Below are positions 37,795 through 50,318 of a DNA stretch of 64,000 bases, one piece after another. The stretch is from Girardia tigrina. Lineage: Eukaryota. The DNA lies in NCBI GenBank assembly GCA_001938485.1, contig MQRK01232615.1, positions 1 through 64,000 of the forward strand, in the 5' to 3' direction. The position numbers were made by a program, and so were the translations under genes. How positions within the stretch are numbered: position 1 is the first letter of the stretch; each line of letters begins with the position of its first letter. The notes beneath the pieces were generated by a model. That model worked only from the letters and a program-made list of their open reading frames with translations, did no database searches and was not told the origin of the DNA.

Positions 37795-40700
37795 ATGCTC
37801 CTGGTTGCCGCTGATGCGCAAATAACCGAGACCATAGCTGCTCTATTCGATGAAGAACAAAATCACGTCTGGTTAATGTGGGGCACCAAGCCATTACGTC
37901 CTCATCTTTCCTGGTCCGCAAACGGCATGCCCGATCGGGCATACATCACGATACGCCACACTCTGCAGGGCGGAACGCAACAAACTCCAGGACCACATCC
38001 GAGTACAAACGCAATTTCTCTGCCGCAGGCTCCACCGATTTATTTCCTAGATTCGAAAGGATCACCGAAAGGATGGTTAAATATCCTTGAAATGCGTTTC
38101 AAGGTTAAGCGAATAACAAATCAGACAGCAATGTTTCACCAGGCTCTGTGCACCTTACCCTCCGAGCTGATGCAATCCATTGCGGAGCATGCGTCCTTTG
38201 ATGAATTAAAACAGCACATCCTAAAATCCTTTCGACCATCGCCCGACGAAGTTTTCAACACCTATTTTCAGTTGCAATCTCTCAGAAATCAGAAACCATC
38301 AATATTCCTGGCAAAGCTCATATCGGGTATAGAAATCATTCACCCTGATATCACAAAAGACAGCCACAATGAGAAGCTGAAACGTTTTTTTTTCTCCATG
38401 CTCTCCCNCCCGCCACTGGTTCAAGCTGTTCTGGCTGGGACAGCAATCACTGATCTCCATGAAGCCGCCAAAATAGCTGACAACGTCATGGCCACACAAA
38501 ATTCCATTTCACCCACCTGCTTCACGGTCACCTCACGGACAATCCAAACGTCAGTTGTCCCCATTCCCTCCGAATCTATCGATCCAATTGCAGCACTCCA
38601 AGTGCAAATACGAGAGATTAACACGCAACTAGCAGATCTCCACCATGGCAGACACAAGGACAATCAGCACCGACAGTCGTTCACCGACCGAAACCGGTCT
38701 TCTAACACCAATCCTTTTTGGTATCATACGAAGTTCGGGAACGAAGCCAGGAAATGTCACCCAAGCTACACCTGGCAAGGAAACAAAAACAAGCTCGAAA
38801 TGGACAACACGTGTATTTACCGTTCCCGTTTCGGTCAACAGGTAAAGCGGTGCACGCCAAGTTGCTCTTTCACTCAGTCAAAAACTAAGTTCGCCTTCAG
38901 TCTTCGCAGCTGACTCATAAGGCGTAAACAACTGCTGCAGCATCTTCACGTGTAACGCCACCACCAACGATCATTCTACCCATACAGCGTCGTTTGTGGC
39001 CGACACGGGCTCAGTCATATCCGTTTTACCCAGAGCGTTCCAACCACGAAACAGTTGTTCCCACCGCCGTCTCATAGCCGCCAACGGATCAGTTGTCCAC
39101 CCGTATGGCACAATGCAGCTTGCAACCTTAGAGTCGCAATTCACCTGGACTTTCACCATTGCCGATGTCACACAACCGATACTTGGAGCAGACTTTTTCA
39201 GTCACTTTAATTTGCTGGTAGACTGTAAGAACAAAAGACTCATCCTTAGTCACACTCTGGAAACTTCTCATGTCGCACCGATTTCATCTCAAGTTTGCTC
39301 TCTTGTTTCGAATACGGCTGAATACAACTAAATACACAGCTGCATTTCCAATCAAGTCATAGTCACAGCACCATGTGATCCAGTGCGCCAGTGACGTCGA
39401 AAGTTATCGCAAGAGAGTAGATTCTTGGCAGAAAAAGAATTTAGAGAGCTTGAGGAGTCAGGAATCATACGCCGTTCAAGCTCCCCGTGGGCCACCCCAT
39501 TACAGATCGTGACTAAGAAAAATGGTTCCCTACGCATCTGCGGTGATTGCAGGGGTTTGAACAGAGTTACTATCGCCGACTCGTATTCGATGCCTCTAAT
39601 CACCGATATCCTTCAACGTTTCGCGAATTGTAAAGTCTTTTCCTTCCTGGACTTGGCCAAGGCGTATCATCAAATCCCAGTTGAGGAAACTTCGATTGCC
39701 AAGACAGCCATCATAACGCCATTTGATCTCTGAAATGCCTCACAAACGTTCCAGTGGCACATCAATATCCTTCTCAATGCCTTGTCAAACACTGCAGACT
39801 ACATCGACGATATTGTCACGGCATCCCCAGACATCACTTTTCACCAACAATATCTCTAAGAGACCCTTTCGAGGCTCAATTCGAACCATTTGAAATTGAA
39901 ACTTTCAAAATGCTCATTTTTTCAATCCAGTATTGAATTCCTGGGACACATCATATCACAAGATGGCATCCGTCCATTGCCAGATCGCATCAAAGCTATC
40001 ACGGAGTTTCCCCGATCAGAAACGGTTACCGCCTTGCGCAGTTTCCTAGGGATGATCAACTCCTGCCGCAGGTTCGTCTCTTACATCTCAGAAACGTTAA
40101 CTCAGCTCACGGATATGTCTTCTGGTTCGACGAAACAACGCCTAGTCTGATCAGATAATGCGATAATGGCTTTCCAACAAATCAACCAAGATATTGCACA
40201 GACAACTTCCCTGCACTATCCATATGGTTCATTTCCGATCACATTAACTACAGATGCATCCAACATCGTGATAGGAGCTGTTCTGACGCAAGTGCGTGAC
40301 AATAAACCCGAACCTTTGGAGTTTTACTCACACAAATTCTCGACCGCACAGACTCGGTAGAGAACTTCTGGATTTATTTCTGACGGTAAAACATTTTGAA
40401 TACCTGTTGATCGGGCCATAATCTATACGACCACAAGTCACTTCTTCAAATATTCCAGATGAAGAACCCATCACCTCGCCAACAGCGACAAATCAGCTAC
40501 CTGTCCCAGTTCGACATCGAGATCAAATTCATCTCCGGAGCTGACAATGTCGTCGCCGACTGTTTTTCCCGCATCGAGTTGGTCTCCCTGGACTTCGAAC
40601 CCTTGTTCAATCAGGAAGTCTTGGAGCAGAATCCACCCTCGGATAAAGATCTGACAATGTTGAAGCAACAACCAACTCCACGTGGCCTCATTTATTTCGA

Positions 40701-41075
40701 CACATCTATCACAAGTTGTCTCTGCCCCGTTCTAGGCCCGGCCCTCCGTGCAGACGCATTCAAGACCCTTCACTCAATGGCTCACACTGGAGCCAAGGCC
40801 ACTTATGAATTACTGCGCAACAAAGTGGTGTGGTCCTTTATGCGATGCGACGTCAAATTATGGTGCCAAGCATGTTTCCAATGTCAATCTAATAAAGTGA
40901 CCCGTCACACTAAACCTCCGATAACCAATTTTCTAACTGGTAGTCGTTTCGATACCATTCACAGGGATATTGTCGGTCCCCTCCCACCATGCAATGGATA
41001 TTCGTATCTTCATACAATTATTTATCGCAACACGCTCTGGCCGGAGGTATTTCCCTTGAGAAACATTAACACCGT
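37795..41075 (+). mobile_element. Ty3/Gypsy gag-pol (CsRn1/Kabuki-like), decayed, truncated in the integrase
   Basis: Gag with CHCC-type motifs, PR (ADTGS), RT (SPWATPL, LDLAKAYHQIP, YIDD), RNase H (TTDASN), IN (HSMAHTG...CFQC, DIVGPLP); many stops; LTRs not found. Confidence 0.9.
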
Positions 41076-42746
41076 CATAACACGATTTATTCAAGTTTTA
41101 CATAAAAAATAACGATTATTTAAACACAAAATCACACTATACTGTCCTTTTTTCAGTTACACCTTCATGTAAAGGTTTTCTGTGAAGAAAGAATTACAAA
41201 AATACAATTTTAAGTCCCTAACGAAAGTTTACATCTTCCCATGTGAGAAAATATAATCTATGCCAAAATGTTGTCAAATTAATAATTTTTACTAGTACTT
41301 TAATTGCATATAATTTAATAACTAAAAGCAGATATCGTGTAGCCACAAACACGTATATTTTGGATGCTAAATTGGAGTGAAGTATTTTTTATGTATTAGT
41401 TGAAATAGTATTAAAAAGAACTTTTACATTTTACTTTATTCATCAGAATAAATTGTTCACTGATCATAGTACATCTGATGCATCCCAACTATTAATAAAG
41501 GGGCTAATCCGACATTAAACTGCTTATGGGGAAATTGATAAATTTACCAGTTACCAAAAAGGGATTTGATAAATTGTGAACATTTGTTGTTTACATCTTT
41601 GACAATATTATGGATAAATTTCATCAAACTTTATTATTAAATATAAATTACTGATTTAAAATATTTTCAAATAAAAATTGTTCCAAATTACTTTTTTCTT
41701 TTGTCATATTTATTTATTCGTAGTAAAATTAATAATAATTATGTAATATCTACAAGGCAAGATTTTGAGTGATGTATAATAAATTATTATATTGTTGAAA
41801 TTTAATTTAAATTGTTTTTGTGTTTTGGTTTGGTGTTTTTTTGAACACCCCAATGTTATTACTAGTATAAACTTAAAATATTATAATTATATAATAATAA
41901 TAATTTCAACAAATTAATAGAATAAACAAAAATAATAATGTTTTGCTTAACTAAGCAAATTGGCAAAAAATACAAATATGGAATCCACCATAACACCAAC
42001 CAGAAACGCAATCAGTGTAGTCAACGAACTCTTAATCAGCAACCCAAATATGCCCAGACGAGACGCGAGGATCTATCCTAATTATTGTACCGATAGACGT
42101 CTCTATCCTACCGATTCGGGTCATGTTTTCGTTTTATGCATCAATACATTTTATGTTCCAGTTATGTCTTTTTTCTTCCCGTTCCAACGGCGGAAGTTGG
42201 TGGTGCAAATTGCACTCGCCAAAAACATTTAACTTAAAATAAAATATTTATTATTTCACTTATTGCATTTATCTCTTTTCAGGAATTACTAAAAGTTGTG
42301 AAACGATCTTTCATCGTCCTTGAAGATGATAAATCCCAAACACTGGATGGTGGCAACAGAATTCAGATATCCAAATTAAATAATTTAATAAAAATTATTT
42401 TGATTTTTAGATAAGTGTAAAGGAATAAAACCCTCAGCATGTCTGTCTGTTTGGATGAAAATTTGCAGTCCCTTTTTCATCTCCTTCCGCTTATCTGATA
42501 GTCCTGAAATGTTGAGTAAGCTTCTTTCACCTAAAACGTTTATTGTGAGTCAATTTGGTGTATTAAAAGTGATTCGAAATTTCAAATTTAATAATTTCAT
42601 TTTAACTATGAAAAATATATTAAACTTAAATTTTCGATTTAAATTCCATCATTAAAATTGAACTAATGACTTATTAAAAAAAAATCATATCGAATTGTTT
42701 TTACTATAATTTCATAAAATTGTTTTTTATTTATTTATTCTATATA

Positions 42747-43141
42747 CCGGGATTTTCCAAAAATAATCGAACCCAAACATAAGTGCACCTGTGCTTATTT
42801 TAAGTTTTTGTTTCCAAAAGAGGCGCATGCTCCTATTTTGGGGGATAAAAAACTGATTTTAAAAAATCAATGAGAGACGGAATGGTACATGTGAGTAAGA
42901 GAAGAAACACAAGAATTTAGACCCAAGGGTTACCGAAAAGTCCTTCTTTTCTTTTTCTTTATTTAGACATTCTTTTTTCTTTATTTAATATATAATTTAA
43001 TTCATTTTTATATAAAATGCAATTTCGATGTGAAATGGCAGTTTCCAAAACGACATGCCCTTATTTTTGGGGACAAAGTGAAACACCTAAAAACATAAAA
43101 ACTAAATAAAAGCGCATGCGCATATTTACGGAAAATTCAGG
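42747..43141. mobile_element. Pogo/Tigger-like MITE, TA-flanked
   Basis: TA|CCGGGATTTTCCAAAAATA ... TATTTACGGAAAATTCAGG|TA with internal gcgcatgc/cttatttt subrepeats. Confidence 0.65.
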
Positions 43142-43379
43142 TAGTTTTTTTAACTATAGTTTTTTATTATTCTTATTTAAAATGAGATTTGATATTAAAG
43201 ATTTAAAATAATGAATTCCTATGCAGTCAATTTATGATTGAAGCTCATCAAATTCAGGCAAAACGTTCTGCTGAGTTGGATTGAACCAAGAGGAGCCGTG
43301 GCTTTATCTCTTATAAGCATAAAGGACAAGACAATTACCGGTAAAAATCAGATTACCGTATTCAGATGGCGTATCACTA

Positions 43380-43870
43380 TTCGGAACCGGGCCGCCATCT
43401 TGACCACACGTGGGAATCTTGGCAACCTGCTCCCAGAATTAGAGCTTTTATTTGCTCCAGAAAACCGAGTTGATTTTCTTCTCATGCCTATAAATGACAC
43501 ATTCATCTGTGACAAACAATTTTTCATGTCTTCGACGATTATCATTTTCCCAAGGATCGCTTTGCAACACTGTACTCGAAGTTTTCGGGTATTCTCTGTC
43601 AGGAATTTACCTTGACATAGTTTCAAGGGTCTCAATTCCAAATCATCTTTCAAAATTCACTGCATACTGGTTCGTGGAATATCCAACTCTACTGATCTTT
43701 TCCTGGTAGACAAGTGAGAATTGTCTGCCACAAATTGATCCGCATTGTTCACAAAATCTGCCCAATTAGAAGGTCGACATATTCTTGGTTTGTCCACCAA
43801 TGAACCGCTTTCAAACAACCGCCATGAAATGGGAAACGAGCCTCCCTTTAGGTGATTCACAGACATACTA
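43380..43870 (-). mobile_element. Tc1/mariner (maT/rosa-like) transposase remnant
   Basis: FESGSLVDKPR..RPS, STRKRSVEL.I.....ILKDDL.LRP.K, TDE, N..FW, QDG across frameshifts. Confidence 0.7.
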
Positions 43871-44835
43871 TTCTCGAGGCTTTGTCTTTACTTGTCGCAT
43901 GGCCTACTGTTTCAGTCAACTTTAATCGAATAATCGACCATCGCCAATCAACATATAGGGTTCTAACGAGGACCGAATCACTTTCACAACTAATCAATGT
44001 TAATGTTCGTGAATCGAACCTGAAGAGCTGACTGGACCGAACTTTTGATTAAACATTCAGAACCTTTTCTTCAGTATTTTCATGTTTTGAATCATCAGTT
44101 TTAGTAACATCTTCATTTTCAATAAGCAAAGCTAGATTTTCGTTACTCATATTTAATCACATTAAAAATCAATATCTCTCAATACTTTATTAGATCCCAA
44201 AATTTTTACATAATAAATAATTCGTTAAAACACCAACCTAAAATGTTATTAAATCTATATATAATTATAAATACAATTTTAATTTACTTTTTTTCTTTTA
44301 TCATATATATTTTTATATATAAATTTAATGCATTGAAATTGGAACAAAAAATTCCAATTTCAATGTTATTTAAATTTATTTATTTTTATCATTTACTGTG
44401 AAACACCTGCTTTGATTTTTCAGATTCATACAACCCCGCTGCTGCTTGCATGCGTTTGGAATATGATATGTGCTGGATCACCCATTGAAAGTCAATAGTG
44501 TGCTAAAATCTCCACACCATTGTTAATAAGTTTGAACCATTGTTATATTTTCTTTTAATCATAAAAATCAAATAAAATATTTTTTAATAGAGTATAATAG
44601 AGAATTTAATAGAGTATAAACAAACATTTTTTGATGTGCAGCACACAGAATCATAAAGAATGTATTTAATTTACACTTGTATTCGGTGTATACGAAAAAG
44701 GTATGAACTTATGAACCCCGTGTACATTTATATGATAAATTTTAAAGATAACGGCATGTTATTTTTTTAAATTGAAAAACGATATTTGAAAATAAAAATT
44801 TTTATTAATGCAATATATTTCTGATACTAGCTGTT

Positions 44836-45290
44836 TTAATTAACTGCTTTAATTATTAATGTCTCACAAGAGACTCTTTCCCAATAATTTTTAAAATTGC
44901 TGCATAAAACTTTTAAATTATTTACTTCAACAGGAGTTTTATAGTTTTTACGAACCCGTTTATATAAATGACGGACTGTTTCTTCAATGTCTGAGGTTTT
45001 GTATAATTTACACTCAAGTTTATAAGCAAGATCAAAGCATAAACTCAAAAACGTTTTCGATTTATTATTGAGCATATTCTGAATATTGTTTTAGATACAA
45101 TTTTAAATTCCATTTCATAATATTAATTGATTTTAACATAGAAGATTTTAGTTTTTCAAACCTTCAAAATAAGGAACAGATAGTGTGTAGCAAAAATTAA
45201 ATTTTTCATTAGTCCATATATCGGGTTTTAAATCATCCTCTTCTTTAATTGTTTTATTTAAATAATTTATCAATTGTTTTTCTAGTTAAT
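44836..45290 (-). mobile_element. Penelope-like remnant (homologous to 62690-63090 and 30647-31006)
   Basis: KVLCSNFKNYWERVSCETLII; nucleotide similarity to 62870-62930. Confidence 0.75.
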
Positions 45291-45702
45291 TTCTCAATTC
45301 TTCTATTATCCATGATAAATCATGGTCCATGAAGCGATAGATCAGAATTAATACGCACCAATAGTTCAGAAATTACCCAAAACGAATGGCATTACAAGTA
45401 TAATTAATAGTATAATAAATTATTCAAAGTTTATTAGCAGCCACTATTAAAGTGATGTTTCTACCTATCACATGTGGAACTACTATCGGAACTTGGAAAA
45501 TTCATTTCATGGAAAATCAATTTTACAAATTTTTATAAGAAAAATAATTACTTTTGCAAACCAAAAAATTATAATTAACTGAAATACCGATAATCTTAAA
45601 ATTTTAAAAATCATAATTTAAAATTCTCAAAAAAAATTATAAATTTGTATTTTACTTGTTTAAAAATAATGAAATAAATAATTCCAAATTAAAATGTGTT
45701 CC

Positions 45703-45912
45703 GCGTTATTATGTCAACAATGTGATTCCTATCATTATTGTGTTACAATAACGCTAAAGAAAAAATTTTAATCTCCAAGAGTAAATTAACGTCAGAAATG
45801 AGTAGCTGTTCTAGTTATTTGTGGATGGCGTACTGTTGGGGGTTATGGTTTTTGTGGTTGCGAGTAATTGCAAGACATTTACACTGCTTGCAGTTTAGTT
45901 TAATCACAAACA
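45703..45912. repeat. 210-bp repeat with an inverted, near-identical copy at 61294-61503
   Basis: Same translated ORF on opposite strands; about 4 substitutions by eye. Confidence 0.9.
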
Positions 45913-46550
45913 GTGGAATTTAATGCTAGACCACTTTAATACTTCTTAATGCTTTGTGGGGTGACTGCCCGTCCATTAGAAATGTCTAGTCTTGTCCAAA
46001 ATGTCACTTGACCCTTTTCTGTATCTTCAAGCATAGATCTGTACTCTGGTTGTCCCATATAGAGACAAAGATAATATTTACGTCATCTGAAACCATTACT
46101 TGTTTGTGTAACACGATTGCTTCCTGTGTGATATTTTTCGTCTCACCAATAGCCATTATTTTCAATGTATATATGTATATATATACTTCATAAAGGTTTG
46201 GAATATAATATTTCATTTTTACCACGTTTTTATTAGCTTGCTGTTTGTCTGGAACAAATCTTGCGATTGATTTTTCGACCACTTTCAGTCATCAAATTGA
46301 GCTGAATTTTTTTGTACAGGCTTGCTTCCGATGACAATACAATTTGATAAAAAAAATTTTGAAAAAAATAATGTTTTCTAATTTTTTTTGCAAAAAAACA
46401 CTTACGATTATCTACAAATTTATACACTGTATTAAATAGCAATCTTTTCGTTTATTTTCATGAATGAAGTTTTATACAGGCTTGCTTCCGATGACAATAC
46501 AATTTGATAAAAAAAAATTGAAAAAAAAATTCCTAAATGATAACTAAAAA

Positions 46551-46963
46551 TATTCAATTTTTTTGTTATTGAATTCAAAATAGTGAATAATATTATTAAT
46601 AAAAATTTTTTTTATAAAAACAACCACGTTTTTCAAGCATTACCAATGCACTAAAAAGAGGAAAATAATTTTTTTTCTAGACATGTGAGAAATTTTATAC
46701 CTAACCAAAAACGTGGGGCATAGAAATGGTCGATTGTTACTAAAAAGTAGTAAAGAGGAAATAGCAGTTACTAATAGCAGTAATTCAGAAATCCGCCCCA
46801 CGTTTTTGGTTAGGTATAAAATTTCTCACATGTCTAGAAAAAAAATTATTTTCCTCTTTTTAGTGCATTGGTAATGCTTGAAAAACGTGGTTGTTTTTAT
46901 AAAAAAAATTTTTATTAATAATATTATTCACTATTTTGAATTCAATAACAAAAAAATTGAATA
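46551..46963. repeat. Long palindrome: 169-bp inverted arms (46551-46719, 46795-46963) with a 75-bp spacer
   Basis: Arms read as essentially perfect reverse complements. Confidence 0.95.
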
Positions 46964-47324
46964 ATTTGATATTTTCATAAAACTTTTCTCACAAAACAAA
47001 TAAATCATGAAAACTGTCTTACAGCTATTCAGAAATAGATGACTATTTATTAAGACCGATATTTACGAATGGGCCATCAGACCAAAACATCAATAAAAAT
47101 TAAGACAAAATAATTATTTAAGAATGATTTATTAATAATAATTAATTACAATTACTTGTTATTCCGTAATAATAATAATTGAACAAAGTTTTAAAGTAAT
47201 GGAATCCAATAAACTTGAAAAAGTTAGAGGTTACATAATTTGCTTAGAATAAGTAAATTAAAACCATTTTAACTACAAGAGAATTACGAAACCGCTGTAA
47301 AAATTTGACTATAATGGAAAAATA

Positions 47325-47400
47325 GGGGTATAACATCTTTCACCTCCTCGTGGTGTATCCCGGAAACTAGAGTCACCTTCTCTAGGCTAAATGAGTGATG
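47325..47400 (+). ncRNA. HDV-like self-cleaving ribozyme at the LINE 5' end
   Basis: P1 GGGGTAT/GTATCCC, P2 CATCTTTC/GAGTGATG (7 of 8 pairs), P3 ACC/GGT, L3 TCCTCGT, P1.1 CC/GG, P4 CTAGAG/CTCTAG, J4/2 GCTAA; G1 abuts the TSD. Confidence 0.8.
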
Positions 47401-49566
47401 AAGGTTACGGGACTAGCTATTCTGTTCGCGGATTAACTCGTTGCTATTGAAACTCAAACAAGGAGTCTGACAGGACTCGCAGTCAATAATCTCCCGACTG
47501 GTTCCGACGACACGGGGACCAACATCGGAAAACTGAAAATCGGTACGTGGAACGTGCGTGGGCTCAACGACGAAAAGATTGTATCTATTACAGAAGCTCT
47601 GAGAAGAACGAAAACAGAGGCGTGCATCCTAACCGAGACGCACTGTCAGGGAAATGAAACGACCAAATACGACGGCTGGAAAATACTCCACAGTGGCAGT
47701 ATCACTGTGGCACGAAGAGAAAGAGGAGTCGCGCTGATGATATAAGAAAATGATCTGACGAAAATAACCTTCACACCTGTTAATGATCGAATTTTTACTT
47801 GCAGGTACATATGGAAATCTATTACACTTATCGGAGTGTATGCCCCGTCGGACTATGGGTATACACGTGAGGAGAAAGAGGAATTCTACACAGTATTGCA
47901 GGAAGTGATTACAAAAGAACAAAAATTCGCTAAGAATAATAAAATGGAACTGTTAGTTGGAGGAGACTTCAACTGCCGGCTCAAGCGATGCGATGACAAC
48001 AGCTCTGTAGTGGGTCCTTGCGCAAGCGGGAACCGCACTTCTGAGAACGCAGAAATGCTTGTTGACAGGGCAAAATCCTGTGGTTTTTGTGTGGAGAATA
48101 CATTCTTCAGGAAACAAATCAAGCAGAGAACGAGGTGGACTCATCCAGGAACGAAAAGGAGAGAATTGCTCGATCTTTTTCTATCAGAGAAACACCGATG
48201 CAATAGAATGACAAACATCCGAAGTTACCAGAGCTTCGATTGAGGATCGGACCATGACTTAGTGGTTATAACCGCGTTAATTTATGAGGAAAAGAAACGC
48301 CCAAAACGCTTGAGAAACGATAAGAAGCCTCGCAAACAAAAGCTACCGGAAAGTGAAGCAATTGTCAAGAAGAAAGAGGCGATAATAGAATCACTTCCGC
48401 GTCTTACTGTTTCAGGTACTACTACGTGGAAATCCCTTAATCATGTAATCAGAAGCGAGATACAAAGGCTGAGTAGAAAAAGGAAAAGAGCACCAATCAA
48501 CCAGCAGTGGTTGGGTGGGCACCTAGACGAGCTTAGGATGATGATCAGAGAAAAATGGGCAAGACGTTCAGAATTCGTAAAAGACGGAAACGACACAATA
48601 TACTCGAGGTGGAAGTCGAGCAGACTTCTTATTCCGAGAAAGATTCGACAACGGAAACGGAAAAGAGCAGAAACTCTTGGAGAGCAAATTGAAAAGATCC
48701 TTGCAAACGACGGAGAAGGGAAACTGAAAGAACTCATAACAGAGTTACGTGTTCTCTGTAACACATAATCAAAAGAGAACACAATGTGTGCTCTCTCAAC
48801 TCTGATAGGAAATGAAGAACTATCTGCACATTTCAACAACCTCTTTCGAGCTAATTCTCATTTAGACGAAAGAATTGATATCACATGGGAAACACCCAAC
48901 CTGGACACTCTGGATCTCCCCCCACCTTTGAAGAACTAGAAGTGGCTGTGAGGCAGTTGAAGAGCGGTACAGCAGCAAGCTCAGATGAACTTATTCCTAA
49001 AGTATATAGATAGGGAGGTATAAATATCACCTCCCTACTGGAAATATGCTTCAGGAATATATGGGACGGTGTGGAAGAGTTCCCACCAAGTTGGAGAGAG
49101 GCCAAAGTGGTAATTCTCTTCAAAGGGAAAGGATCTCGTAAAGATCTGAATAACTATAGAGATATTTTCCTTCTAGACGTAGGCGGTAAAGTCTTTGCGA
49201 AATTTATTGCTAATCGTAATACTCCGATTGTAGTGTTCACTAAATCGCATCAGCAGTAGCAACCAATTAAGAGTTTTTTGTTAAGTGATATATAATTTAA
49301 TTTTTTGATTTTTAATTTTGAAAAAATTTCTTAATTGGATTTGCGACCCCTGAAATTTTTAAAACTGAAAAATTCAGATGCGCATTTAAAAAATTTTTAA
49401 AACAATTGAAAATTTTTAATTGATAAAAAAAACCATTATCAAAACTTAATTAATTAATCTTTGTAGTGTTTTAATAATACAAATAATGTATCGCGTTTTT
49501 TAAATTTATTTCCTTTATAAATAAATATTCGAAACTAGTTAATTTTTTTCCTCCATCAACACTACA

Positions 49567-50318
49567 ATGAGATCTCAGTACGATGAGGATTTAGAATCCA
49601 ATTCATTTTTTCTCGCCTTCAAAAGCCAACAAAAAGTTATATTTGATAACGCGATTAGAAAAAAATGGATTATCGCAAAACCGTGTTCGGGTTCTTTTGT
49701 TAAAGACAAATACGATGATTTCGATTTCTTGAATCACGTTTTGGTGCCGAATATCGACGAGAGTTTATCCAACAGCGATTCTAATAAAACTCTCGGAAAT
49801 CAGAAGGCTACTGTTTCAACAAGCGCAATTTTAAAACAAGTCGAAATGGACAACTCTCAGTTCTCCGAAGTGCTTGGAGCGGAGAATATTAACACGAATA
49901 AAGTTCATTCAAATCATTCCAATGAGAATTCCATCAGAAATTGTCAAATCTCCATCAACCGACGTTTCCATTCGTCGCGAATTCCGCGAAAAAGTTATCG
50001 TGTTTAACGAACGGCGGTCCGATAGTCGGGATGAAGTTGTTGTCCGATTGCTGCTCGTCGACATCGATCGTTTCTTCCTCCATCAATTACATCACGTCCG
50101 ATTTGTCACAAATGACCGAACCACAATCCTTCATCGTCTGGATCACGGTGCGTGCGGGTGTGGTGGCGACCCTTCGAAAGAACGAACGCCACAAAAATAA
50201 GGTAAGCCTTATCGATAGGCGAACGATTCTCCCCGTTTCACTTTTTAGTACGCGACCACTCAGCTCGTTCCACGAGATCCACGGAACACATACCGGGCAA
50301 GACAAATATGAACAATAA
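49567..50318 (+). pseudogene. ANKRD27: ANKRD27/VARP-like 5' gene fragment inserted in the LINE
   Basis: MRSQYDEDLESNSFFLAF...WIIAKPCSGS...HVLVP resembles the ANKRD27 N-terminus (MALYDEDLLKNPFYLAL...VLVPCKGS...YILIP); frameshifted and truncated. Confidence 0.65.
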
